DNA of 64,000 nucleotides, taken from NCBI GenBank assembly GCA_946408995.1, contig CAMJUL010000007.1, positions 17-64,016 on the forward strand, in the 5' to 3' direction. The stretch comes from an uncultured Clostridia bacterium. Lineage in GTDB: Bacteria; Bacillota; Clostridia; Christensenellales; Aristaeellaceae. Within the stretch, counting starts at the first letter, position 1. Each line of letters starts with the position of its first letter. Below, piece after piece: positions 55,210 through 64,000 of the stretch. A program made the translations under genes and the position numbers. The notes under the pieces were generated by a model. That model did not search any database and was not told the origin of the DNA. It saw nothing but the letters and a program-made list of their open reading frames with translations.

Positions 55210-56286
55210 ATGAACAAAATCAGAACGCATGGGTTTGGCAAAGCTTCTCTGCGGCGCTTGGCGGCGATGCTCCTCTTTGTATGCCTGGTATGCTCCGCCG
55301 CCCTGGGAGAAGGCAGGGACCGTTCCAACGCCGATTGGGTCAACTTTCTCCTGCTGTGCAACGAAGGAATGAACAACGACAAAGGGAACGCCGGCAACAC
55401 CATGATGGTTGTGGCCATGCATCCGACCACCGGACGCATACGTCTAATGATGTTCTGTTGGGACACCTTTATCGATTATGAGGGGTATGACCTGCCGCAG
55501 ACGCTTGATATGCCGTACCGCAACAATGGGCCGGCCGAAACCATGAAGGTCTTCGACGAGAACTTTGGCATGCATATCCATCTTTTTATGTCCATCAACT
55601 TCCTTAATCTGGCTTCCCTGATCGATTATTACGGGGGGGTCACCGTGGATGTGACCCGGGCGGAACGGAACGCCCTGAACGGCATGGTCTCCTCCAAAAA
55701 GGAACAGCTCAAAGCCCAGGCTGCCACCGGCCTTCTCAGCCAGATCTTGCTGGATTCACTGGCAACGGAATACTATATCAGCGATTTCGGTCCGGAAACC
55801 CATCTGAACGGGCTGCAGGCGGTGGGTTTCGGCTGGCTTCAGTATGATTCCGTTTACAATTGCTGCGAACGGTCCGTGGAAGTGATTGCCAGCCTCTTTT
55901 CCAGCGTTGCAAAGCATATCAATGAACAGGTCATCCTGTATACGGACGAAACCGGCTATCCGGACGACACCTACGGCAAACGTCCCGTCAACCTGGACCA
56001 GGTGACGGAGGAAGACATGGATTTCCTGCACGAGGCCATCGGCCCGATTTTCCAGAAATCCTTCCACGACCTGAAGGAGGACGAAATCGACTCCATCACC
56101 CTGACACTGGCCCGGGTGGCCTATCAGGCGTCCCGGCAGGGGTTCGATCTATTCAGCGCGCTGGACCACACGGTCCTTCCCCTGGAAGCCAATGATGAAT
56201 ATGTGATCATTGCCGGGGCGAAGGGGCATGTGATCGATAAGCAGGCCAATATCAAGGCGATCAGGGAATTCCTTTACAAGGATTGA
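55210..56286 (+). CDS. LytR-CpsA-Psr (LCP) family glycopolymer ligase
   Basis: N-terminal TM, then the LCP core NFLLLCNEG...NTMMVVAMHP...FMSINFLNLASLIDYYGGVTVDV. Confidence 0.85.
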   Translation: MNKIRTHGFGKASLRRLAAMLLFVCLVCSAALGEGRDRSNADWVNFLLLCNEGMNNDKGNAGNTMMVVAMHPTTGRIRLMMFCWDTFIDYEGYDLPQTLDMPYRNNGPAETMKVFDENFGMHIHLFMSINFLNLASLIDYYGGVTVDVTRAERNALNGMVSSKKEQLKAQAATGLLSQILLDSLATEYYISDFGPETHLNGLQAVGFGWLQYDSVYNCCERSVEVIASLFSSVAKHINEQVILYTDETGYPDDTYGKRPVNLDQVTEEDMDFLHEAIGPIFQKSFHDLKEDEIDSITLTLARVAYQASRQGFDLFSALDHTVLPLEANDEYVIIAGAKGHVIDKQANIKAIREFLYKD

Positions 56287-56367
56287 ACAAAGTCAATAAA
56301 ACATCTGCGCCCGGCAGCAGCGGCAAAGTGCGGAGGGACGGGTACAAAAGAGGGATGGTGATGTGCT

Positions 56368-58329
56368 TTGGATGAGAACACGAACAGAACCCCTGTCAGG
56401 TTGCGGGGCATGCTCCTGGCTTACGATTTGGGGATCTACCTGGTTTTGGGTATCCTGATCGTCGGCTTTTACCCCTCCTATGTTGAAAAACTTGGCTTCT
56501 GGGATGTGGTCACCAATATCCTCGTGGGGTTGTTGTGTATCTTCCTTCCCAGACTTGCGATCGGGATCTACAACTATATCTGGCGTTACGCGGGGGCGGA
56601 GGAGTTCATCAACCTGATCTTCGCGGATATCATCGGCCTGGTCCTTTTCCTGGCCGTTGGAAGGATCATTCCGCAGCCGCTGACCTTTATCCATACGGTG
56701 TCGCTGGTTGCCTTCAACCTGTTGATCAATATTTCTCTGCGCCTTGTCTACGTATACATTTACAGACAGCGCAGCAGCAACGCCTTTGCGGAGCAGTGGG
56801 CCCTGCAGCTCCTCCGGCTCTTTACGGGGGTCAATTTTCATATGGAAACGCCCACCAACGCGGACAGGCGCATCAAGATCGCCATTGTGGGCGCGGGAAG
56901 CATCGGCGCCATGCTGGCGGAAGAACTGCAGGGCAATCCCAAGGCCCCTTATCAGGTGGTCTGCTTTGTTGATGTCAATCAGGAAAAAACAGGGCGGAAT
57001 ATTCTGGGCATCCGTGTGCTCGGGGAAGGGGTCAACCTGCATTCTCAAATGGAAGCCCTGGGCGTGCAGGAAGTAGTCATCGCGCTTCCCAATGCCTCTC
57101 CGGAGACCAAGCAGCAGATGTACGACCTGTACAGGGGGTATGGATACCGGGTCAAGGCCTACGATTATCCCACCATCGAAAACGGCGCCAACTCCAGGCC
57201 TCAGATGCGTGAATTCAACATTGAGGAACTGCTATTCCGCAGGGAAGAAACCTTTGTGGAAGAAAAAACGAAGGCGTGGTATCGCGGCAGACGGGTATTG
57301 ATCACGGGGGGCGGCGGCAGCATCGGCAGCGAGCTGGCCCGGCAGGTAGCCCACATGGAGCCGGAACTGCTGGTTTTGCTGGACATCTACGAAAATGGGG
57401 TTTATGATATCCAGCAGGAGCTCAAGTTCAAATATGGCGATAAGCTGAAGCTGCAGGTGGAGATTGCCAATGTCTGTGACCGCTCCGCTATGGAAGCGAT
57501 TTTTGCGACCTACCGGCCTGACATCGTTCTGCACGCGGCGGCCCACAAGCATGTGCCGCTGATGGAGCATAACTGCTGCGAAGCGGTGCGAAACAATGTG
57601 TTTGGGACCCTGACCACCGTGGAGACCAGCGAAAAATACGGGGTCAAACGGTTCATCATGATCAGCACGGACAAGGCGGTCAACCCCACCAATGTGATGG
57701 GAGCCACCAAGCGGGTATGTGAGATGATCGTGCAGAGCCGTACCGGAAGCGGGACCTCCTTCAGCGCCACACGCTTTGGCAATGTGCTGGGCAGCAACGG
57801 GTCTGTGATCCCCCTGTTTCGCCGGATGATCGAGAATGGCGGTCCTGTGACCATCACGGACAAGCGCATCATCCGGTATTTTATGACCATTCCGGAAGCC
57901 AGCCAGCTGGTGCTCACCTCCGGCGCCATGGCCAGCAACGGGGAGCTGTATGTGCTGGATATGGGCAAGCCGGTCAAGATCATTGAACTGGCGGAACGCA
58001 TGATCCGCATGGCCGGCCGGGAGCCCTACAAGGACATTGATATTGTGGAAATCGGGCTGCGTCCCGGGGAAAAACTGTATGAAGAGCTTTTGATCCGCGG
58101 GGAAAACATCGGCAATACCGACAACAAAATGATCTTCATCGAACGGGATAAACCCCTCTCCAGGGAAGAAATGGACGGCCGCATCGAAATCCTGAGGGAG
58201 GCGCTGGTAAGCGGCAGCGATGACGAGCTTCGCCAGGCACTCAAACGGGTTTTGCCCACGTACCGTTCTCCGGAGGAGGTCAACCGCAATGCGGAGCATG
58301 CGGAGGAAATGAAGACCCTCGCCCAATAA
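56368..58329 (+). CDS. Membrane-bound NDP-sugar 4,6-dehydratase (CapD/PglF/WbpM family)
   Basis: TTG start. Four N-terminal TM segments, two Rossmann motifs (VGAGSIGAML and ITGGGGSIGSEL), and the short-chain dehydrogenase core HAAAHKHVP. Confidence 0.85.
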   Translation: MDENTNRTPVRLRGMLLAYDLGIYLVLGILIVGFYPSYVEKLGFWDVVTNILVGLLCIFLPRLAIGIYNYIWRYAGAEEFINLIFADIIGLVLFLAVGRIIPQPLTFIHTVSLVAFNLLINISLRLVYVYIYRQRSSNAFAEQWALQLLRLFTGVNFHMETPTNADRRIKIAIVGAGSIGAMLAEELQGNPKAPYQVVCFVDVNQEKTGRNILGIRVLGEGVNLHSQMEALGVQEVVIALPNASPETKQQMYDLYRGYGYRVKAYDYPTIENGANSRPQMREFNIEELLFRREETFVEEKTKAWYRGRRVLITGGGGSIGSELARQVAHMEPELLVLLDIYENGVYDIQQELKFKYGDKLKLQVEIANVCDRSAMEAIFATYRPDIVLHAAAHKHVPLMEHNCCEAVRNNVFGTLTTVETSEKYGVKRFIMISTDKAVNPTNVMGATKRVCEMIVQSRTGSGTSFSATRFGNVLGSNGSVIPLFRRMIENGGPVTITDKRIIRYFMTIPEASQLVLTSGAMASNGELYVLDMGKPVKIIELAERMIRMAGREPYKDIDIVEIGLRPGEKLYEELLIRGENIGNTDNKMIFIERDKPLSREEMDGRIEILREALVSGSDDELRQALKRVLPTYRSPEEVNRNAEHAEEMKTLAQ

Positions 58330-58368
58330 GTGCTGCGAATGAATTACGAATTGAAAAGAGGAATACGC

Positions 58369-59676
58369 ATGGATTTCAGGCAGGATCCCCGTTTCTCGGA
58401 GTTTGTCCCCTTTGAAAGCAAGCTATGGCTCAGTTCCCCCACCATGCACGGACAGGAGCAGCATTGGGTGGATGACGCCATCCGGACCAACTGGGTCTCC
58501 ACGGTGGGGGCCAACATCAACGAGATCGAAAAGGAAGTGGCCCGCTATGTGGGCTGCGGGTATGCTGTGGCGCTTACCTGCGGAACCGCGGCCCTGCACC
58601 TGGCCACCAAACTGGCCGGGGAGCGGCTGTATGGACAGGCCAGGCCGGACAGGGGCACCCTGGCCGGGAAAAGGGTCTTCTGCTCGGACGTGACCTTTGA
58701 CGCTTCCATCAATCCGGTGGCCTATGAGGACGGAGAGGCCGTTTTTATCGATACGGAACGGGATACTTGGAACATGGACCCGGCCGCGCTGGAAAAGGCC
58801 TTTGAGCTCTATCCCGATACCCGTCTGATCGTGCTGGCGCATCTGTACGGAACGCCTGCCAAAATGGCGGAGATCCGGAGGATCGCCGATGCCCACGGCG
58901 CCCTGATTGTAGAGGATGCGGCGGAAAGCCTGGGGGCCAAATACCGCTTGAACGGCAAGTGGGTCGAAACCGGGGCCCTGGGGGACTTCAACTGCATCTC
59001 CTTTAACGGGAACAAGATCATTACCGGCTCCTCAGGCGGCATGTTCCTGACCGATTCCCGGGAGGATGCCGAAAAGGTGCGCAAATGGTCGACCCAGAGC
59101 CGGGAAAACGCCCCCTGGTACCAGCATGAGGAGATCGGGTATAATTACCGCATCAGCAACATTGTGGCCGGGGTCGTCCGCGGTCAGCTGCCCTGGCTGG
59201 ATCAGCACATCGCCCAGAAAAAGGCCATCTACGAGCGTTACCTGGAAGGCTTCAAGGGACTGCCGGTCACCATGAATCCCTATGACGCCGAAAGCAGTGA
59301 ACCCAATTACTGGCTCAGCTGTCTTCTGATCGACCGGGAAGCCATGGCTCCCCATGTCCGCGGGGAACGGGATGCCCTTTATAAGCACGAGCACGGTAAA
59401 AGCAGCCCTACGGAGATCCTGGACGCCCTGCAGGCCTTCAACGCGGAAGGGCGCCCCATCTGGAAGCCGATGCACATGCAGCCCATTTACCGCTCTAACG
59501 CCTTCGTGACCGCGGAGGGAACGGGCAGGGGCAGGAGCAACGCTTATATCCAGGGGGAAGGATTGGACGTAGGCGCGGATCTGTTTGCCAGAGGGCTTTG
59601 CCTGCCGAGTGATAACAAGATGACCGCGGAGCAGCAGGATGTGGTGATCAAGATCGTATCTGCGTGCTTTGACTAA
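58369..59676 (+). CDS. DegT/DnrJ/EryC1/StrS-family PLP-dependent sugar aminotransferase (PglE/EpsN-like)
   Basis: Start at ATG 58369. LTCGTAALHLA, EDAAESLGA and SFNGNKIIT (PLP lysine) motifs. Confidence 0.85.
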   Translation: MDFRQDPRFSEFVPFESKLWLSSPTMHGQEQHWVDDAIRTNWVSTVGANINEIEKEVARYVGCGYAVALTCGTAALHLATKLAGERLYGQARPDRGTLAGKRVFCSDVTFDASINPVAYEDGEAVFIDTERDTWNMDPAALEKAFELYPDTRLIVLAHLYGTPAKMAEIRRIADAHGALIVEDAAESLGAKYRLNGKWVETGALGDFNCISFNGNKIITGSSGGMFLTDSREDAEKVRKWSTQSRENAPWYQHEEIGYNYRISNIVAGVVRGQLPWLDQHIAQKKAIYERYLEGFKGLPVTMNPYDAESSEPNYWLSCLLIDREAMAPHVRGERDALYKHEHGKSSPTEILDALQAFNAEGRPIWKPMHMQPIYRSNAFVTAEGTGRGRSNAYIQGEGLDVGADLFARGLCLPSDNKMTAEQQDVVIKIVSACFD

Positions 59677-59738
59677 GCTGCACATCCTTTTTTTGAATGG
59701 TGCGAAGGATTGTAATTTGAATTTGACGGAGGAATTCC

Positions 59739-60704
59739 ATGAATATCCTGATCCTTAGTGTGGGAACACGCAATAAGATCGTCCAGTATTTTAAAAAAAG
59801 CATCACCGGAAAAGTCGTTGTGACAGATATGTCTCCAATTGCGCCTGCAATTTTTGAGGCGGACAGCTATTATATTGTTCCGGCGATTACAGCACCTAAT
59901 TACATAGACATGATTCTGGATATTTGTATAAAGGAAAAAATCAATGCAGTAATGTCTTTGATCGATCCGGAATTGTCATTGCTTGCCCAAAACATCGACA
60001 GGTTTTCCGGCGTTGGCGTGATGGTGATCGGCTCGTCTTACGAATTATGCGAAATGTCGCTGGACAAAATGAAAATGTTTGCTTTTTGCAGGCAGAACGG
60101 GTTCAATTGTGCAGAAAGCTATGAATCGATCGCGCAGTTTGAATCGGCCCTCCGTCAAGACAGGATTTCTTTTCCGGTTTTTGTAAAGCCAATCAGGGGC
60201 AGCGCTTCCATCAATATCTCCAAAATCGACAACATGGAACTGCTCAATGTGGTTTTCAAGCAAAGCGATCAATTGATGATCCAGCAGTATCTTCGTGGTC
60301 AGGAAATTGGCGCGGATGTTTACATTGATATGGTTTCGGGGGAAATTGTTTCTATTTTCACAAAAAAGAAGATCCTTATGCGAGCGGGCGAGACGGATAA
60401 AGCAGTAAGCTTTAAGGAAGACAGATTGTTCGAATATATAGAGCGTTTTGTGAAGGTTGCCGGATTCCGCGGGCAGATCGATATCGATCTTTTTGACATC
60501 GATGGCGAATACTACATTTCGGAAGTGAATCCACGCTTCGGCGGCGGATACCCCCACGCGTACGAATGCGGGTGCGATCATATGAAACTGATCGAAAACA
60601 ATGTGAACGGGATTGCCAATACAAGACAGATCGGCAATTATCAATCCGGCATTTACATGATGAAATACAACGAAATCAAGATTTGCCAGGATATCCGGTC
60701 CTGA
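59739..60704 (+). CDS. ATP-grasp enzyme (carboxylate-amine ligase type)
   Basis: 321 aa. FPVFVKPIRGSAS, MIQQYLRGQEIGADVY and ISEVNPRFGGGYP, typical of the ATP-grasp fold. This is the first gene of the low-GC block. Confidence 0.75.
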   Translation: MNILILSVGTRNKIVQYFKKSITGKVVVTDMSPIAPAIFEADSYYIVPAITAPNYIDMILDICIKEKINAVMSLIDPELSLLAQNIDRFSGVGVMVIGSSYELCEMSLDKMKMFAFCRQNGFNCAESYESIAQFESALRQDRISFPVFVKPIRGSASINISKIDNMELLNVVFKQSDQLMIQQYLRGQEIGADVYIDMVSGEIVSIFTKKKILMRAGETDKAVSFKEDRLFEYIERFVKVAGFRGQIDIDLFDIDGEYYISEVNPRFGGGYPHAYECGCDHMKLIENNVNGIANTRQIGNYQSGIYMMKYNEIKICQDIRS

Positions 60705-60737
60705 TCGTCTGGAACAAATGCGACATATAGTTTTTTC

Positions 60738-61412
60738 ATGCTGGGAGGGATAACATTGTACCGGACCTATATTAAGCGTTTGCTGGATTTTGTTCTATCC
60801 TTGTGTGCCATTATCGTCCTCTCTCCAATTATGCTTGTGCTGACGATTGCGGGCTTCTTCGCAATGAAAGGGAACCCATTCTTTTTTCAGGAACGGCCGG
60901 GATTGCATGAAAAGATTTTTACGCTTATCAAATTCAGGACAATGACCAATGAAAAAGACGCGGACGGAAAATTGCTGCACGATGAAGACCGTCTGACTTC
61001 CTATGGCAAGTTTTTAAGGTCGACCTCTCTGGACGAGCTTCCGGAGCTCTTTAATATCCTGAAGGGGGACCTTTCTATTGTAGGGCCCCGCCCATTGCTG
61101 GTGAGGTATCTGCCTTTTTATACTGAAGAAGAACATCACAGGCATGACATCCGTCCGGGTCTGACAGGATATGCGCAAGTCCATGGCAGGAATTATGTCA
61201 AGTGGGAAGAAAAATTTAAAATGGATCTTTGGTACGTTAAGCATGTTTCCTTTAAAACGGACCTTCGTATCCTGTTGGACACGGTCATCGTTGTTTTAAA
61301 GAGGGAGAATATCGAGACCGCCAGTATTATCGTCCATGATGGTGTGACTTATCAGCCCTTTGATGTTGAACGGAAGGCCCAATGGGAAAGGGAGGGGCAT
61401 CATGAACAATAA
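60738..61412 (+). CDS. Small monotopic phosphoglycosyl transferase (PglC/WbaP C-terminal type bacterial sugar transferase)
   Basis: One N-terminal hydrophobic helix, then KFRTM, SLDELPQL-like SLDELPELFNILKGDLSIVGPRP and PGLTGYAQV. Confidence 0.85.
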   Translation: MLGGITLYRTYIKRLLDFVLSLCAIIVLSPIMLVLTIAGFFAMKGNPFFFQERPGLHEKIFTLIKFRTMTNEKDADGKLLHDEDRLTSYGKFLRSTSLDELPELFNILKGDLSIVGPRPLLVRYLPFYTEEEHHRHDIRPGLTGYAQVHGRNYVKWEEKFKMDLWYVKHVSFKTDLRILLDTVIVVLKRENIETASIIVHDGVTYQPFDVERKAQWEREGHHEQ

Positions 61413-62718
61413 TAAAAAGAATGTATTGGTATTTCCAAGCCCTGTATATCCGGCTTTGCAGGTGATCGATTGCCTGAAACACTGTTTGCAGGTCCATGTA
61501 ATTGCGGGGGCAAGCTATTCAAACCATGCCGAATACATTTGCGATGACACAATCTGTGATATGCCCTATATCACTTCGGAGGGGTTCCTGGACTATTTGA
61601 TTGGACTGGTCCATGACAGAGCCATTGATTTGATTATCCCTACAGATGATACGGCGGCATTGTTCCTGTCCGAACATGCAGAGGAAATCCCCGCCAAAGT
61701 CGTGTGTTCCCCGTATGAAACGGCGAAGATCTGCCGCTATAAAAGCCTGACCTATGAGGTTTTAAAGGGCAAATCTTATATCCCCAAAGCATACTCCGTG
61801 GATGAAATAGATCAGATTGAAGATTATCCGGTTTTTATCAAACCGGATATCGGAGCCGGGTCCAGGGGGGCCACGAAGATTTATTCTGCGGAACAGTTGA
61901 AGAATGTAAAAGAACTTGAAAACTATGTGATTTGTGAGTATCTGCCCGGGGAAGAATATACCATCGACTGTTTTACTAACAAGGACAGATCCCTGCTGTT
62001 TTGCAATCCCCGGGTCCGGTCCCGATTGATCAACGGGAAAACAGGCAGGGGCCACAATGTTGCTTTGACGGATGAGATGCGGGCGATCATTGAATCGCTG
62101 AATGAATCCATCGTTTTCCGCGGGTATTGGTTTGCACAGTTAAAAAGAGATGCACAAGGCAAATTAAAGCTGCTGGAGATTTGCACAAGGTTTTCCGGTT
62201 CATTCGTTTTCAGCAAAAGCAGGGGGGTTAATCTTCCGCTTCTTGCAGTTTGTGATTTTTCGGGGATCCCTGCGGATGTTGTCGTGAATGATTATGAGGT
62301 GGAATGCGATAAATCCTATATCGACAGGATCCGTATCAGCTACCCGTATAATCATCTGTACATTGATTTTGACGATACGATCACCTCTGAGGGTGGGAAG
62401 AACGTTAATCCTTATGTGATGGCCTATCTGTATCAATGCAGGGCAAAAAATATTAAAATCTCTTTGATATCACGGCATGCTGTTTCTAAAAAAGAAAGTT
62501 TGGAAGACGCCTTCAGCAGACTATGTATTTCGAAAGATCTGTTTGATGAAATTATCGAACTGGATTGGGATGAACTGAAATCGAATAAAATCGAGGATGT
62601 ATCCAAAAGCATTTTTCTGGACAACAGTTTTAAGGAACGGAAAGAAGTGCACGACAAACTTGGGATTCCGGTTTTTGATCTTTGCAATCTGGATGCTTTA
62701 TTTGATTGGAGAGCGTAA
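61402..62718 (+). CDS. Fusion of an ATP-grasp domain with a C-terminal HAD-like phosphatase domain
   Basis: Start at ATG 61402 (GGGAGGGG upstream, overlapping the previous gene by 11 nt). ATP-grasp blocks YPVFIKPDIGAGSRG and ICEYLPGEEYTIDCF. The C-terminal part has the HAD motif I YIDFDDTIT. Confidence 0.7.
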   Translation: MNNNKKNVLVFPSPVYPALQVIDCLKHCLQVHVIAGASYSNHAEYICDDTICDMPYITSEGFLDYLIGLVHDRAIDLIIPTDDTAALFLSEHAEEIPAKVVCSPYETAKICRYKSLTYEVLKGKSYIPKAYSVDEIDQIEDYPVFIKPDIGAGSRGATKIYSAEQLKNVKELENYVICEYLPGEEYTIDCFTNKDRSLLFCNPRVRSRLINGKTGRGHNVALTDEMRAIIESLNESIVFRGYWFAQLKRDAQGKLKLLEICTRFSGSFVFSKSRGVNLPLLAVCDFSGIPADVVVNDYEVECDKSYIDRIRISYPYNHLYIDFDDTITSEGGKNVNPYVMAYLYQCRAKNIKISLISRHAVSKKESLEDAFSRLCISKDLFDEIIELDWDELKSNKIEDVSKSIFLDNSFKERKEVHDKLGIPVFDLCNLDALFDWRA

Positions 62719-62720
62719 TC

Positions 62721-63737
62721 ATGCAAAATGAAAACAATTTGATCAGCGTTGTCGTGCCGGCATACAATGTTGAAAAATACATTGAAAAATGCGTAGACAG
62801 TCTTCTTCAGCAAGAACTAGACTGCAAATATGAAATCATTCTCGTAGATGATGGATCCACAGATGGAACAAGCAGTTTGATTGATTCTTTTGCTGAGAAC
62901 AATAAAAACATTTATGCCTATCATAAAAGCAATGGCGGATTGTCCAGCGCAAGAAACTATGGAATTCTGCATTCCAGCGGGAATTTGATTACTTTTGTTG
63001 ATTCTGATGATTACGTCTCCAGGACTTACCTGAAGGACATGCTGTATCTTTTGCAAAAATATGATGCAGATATGTCAATTACGAAAGTGGTACTCAGGAC
63101 GCCAGGGCAAGAACTTAGAAGTGTTTTTTCAGATTTTCTTGTAGACCGTAAAGAAGCACTTTATGAAGTGTATTGTAATGATCGTATCAGCTGGCTTGCC
63201 GTTGGAAAACTATATAAGCGAGAGGTTTTCGCGGATGTACTTTTCCCTGATGGATATTATGAAGATCAAGCCAGCTCATATAAGTTTATTGATAAATGCG
63301 ATAAGGTTTCGATTGGTGATTACAGGAATAATTACTATTACATTCAACGCGATGGAAGCATTTCATTTTCCAAGTTTAATCCCAAGCACTTAAGAGCATT
63401 TGAAATATGTGAGGAATTTTCGGATTATGTAAAGAAGACTTATCCGGACATGTTTTATATTGTGATTATGACCTGCCAAAAGTCGGTTCAGCTTCTTTTA
63501 AACAGATTGGTCACGACAAGAGAAGAATTTAATCGGATTTATTATAAATACCGCGGCATGTTCAGAAGCAATGCTGGCAGTATACTTAAAAACAGCAGGA
63601 TTCCAACTCGGTCCAAGATTTATTACATTGTGATGTGTTCTACGCCATTCATTTATAAGCTGTTCTCAGGAAGTATTCAAATGCTTGGAACGCTCAAACG
63701 AAAGCTTATGAGCTATCGCCAAAGACAAGACGGATAA
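62721..63737 (+). CDS. Family 2 glycosyltransferase
   Basis: ISVVVPAYNVEKYIEKCVDSLLQQ, ILVDDGSTDGT and FVDSDD (DXD) motifs. Confidence 0.85.
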   Translation: MQNENNLISVVVPAYNVEKYIEKCVDSLLQQELDCKYEIILVDDGSTDGTSSLIDSFAENNKNIYAYHKSNGGLSSARNYGILHSSGNLITFVDSDDYVSRTYLKDMLYLLQKYDADMSITKVVLRTPGQELRSVFSDFLVDRKEALYEVYCNDRISWLAVGKLYKREVFADVLFPDGYYEDQASSYKFIDKCDKVSIGDYRNNYYYIQRDGSISFSKFNPKHLRAFEICEEFSDYVKKTYPDMFYIVIMTCQKSVQLLLNRLVTTREEFNRIYYKYRGMFRSNAGSILKNSRIPTRSKIYYIVMCSTPFIYKLFSGSIQMLGTLKRKLMSYRQRQDG

Positions 63738-63904
63738 ATCTCATCTGAGAGTTCTTTCATTTTGTTGTTTGAATTTGCATTGCAATATTGCTAAAAGCAT
63801 AGCCTCGTGTTTCAAAAAATGTCTATTCAAATCATTGTTCATTCGCTTAAACTACTCCAACGGATTTAGAAACGTTTAGACCGATTGAGAGGTGTAGAAC
63901 GGAT

Positions 63905-64000
63905 ATGCTTAATCTGATTGTGTTTGGATTGTCAGACGATATAGGCGGCGTAGAAAACTATCTTCTTCATATGCAGCATGAACTTGAAACCAGGGTTTGC
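63905..64000 (+). CDS. 5' end of a further gene, possibly a GT4-type glycosyltransferase (truncated by the window edge)
   Basis: MLNLIVFGLSDDIGGVENYLLHMQHELETRVC. The G-G-x-E motif near the N-terminus is common in GT4 enzymes. Only 32 codons are visible. Confidence 0.35.
   Translation, partial: MLNLIVFGLSDDIGGVENYLLHMQHELETRVC

Noticed and set aside
1-64000. Mobile elements flanking the cat cluster, the debris patch or the low-GC polysaccharide block
   Set aside because: No transposase-, integrase- or recombinase-like ORF and no terminal inverted repeats were recognisable on either strand. Horizontal origin is therefore argued only from composition and gene remnants.

Overview
High-GC (roughly 55-60% by eye) bacterial chromosomal segment. 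Gene content looks like a Gram-positive gut anaerobe (Clostridia-like), but that assignment is inference only. I recognised no rRNA, tRNA, CRISPR array, transposase or integrase. From left to right: (1) a small resistance-like cluster, with a kinase-like/GNAT fusion, a chloramphenicol-acetyltransferase-type gene and a decayed GNAT copy. (2) About 26 kb of carbohydrate-utilisation genes. These include three CUT1-type sugar ABC importers, several glycosidases (glutaminase-A-like DUF protein, clan GH-A enzyme, GH115-like, GH38 alpha-mannosidase), a LacI regulator and a membrane-anchored AraC regulator. They also include a compact glycolysis-like operon: class II aldolase, FucI-like isomerase, PfkA-family kinase, TIM paralogue, LarA-family enzyme and TauE/SafE exporter. 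(3) A lower-GC stretch of gene remnants. (4) Housekeeping genes: RlmD, DUF1015, an alpha/beta hydrolase, an LMW-PTP, and an amino-acid ABC system with an embedded M20 peptidase. (5) A partner-switching-like trio: a frameshifted STAS gene, a MATE transporter fused to an anti-sigma-kinase-like domain, and a stand-alone RsbW-like kinase. (6) The 5' part of a surface-polysaccharide locus. It holds a fused Wzz/BY-kinase, a 1964-aa secreted protein built from 32-residue repeats, an LCP ligase, a bacillosamine-type dehydratase/aminotransferase/phosphoglycosyltransferase set, two ATP-grasp enzymes and glycosyltransferases. GC drops sharply at about 59.7 kb. The most notable items are the giant repeat protein inside the polysaccharide locus, the glycolysis-like LarA/TauE cassette with a shared operator motif, the MATE-kinase fusion, and the ATP-grasp pair. 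Three genes are broken by frameshifts near short homopolymers, so assembly error versus true decay must be resolved. All calls come from reading the sequence and remembered family motifs; no searches were run.
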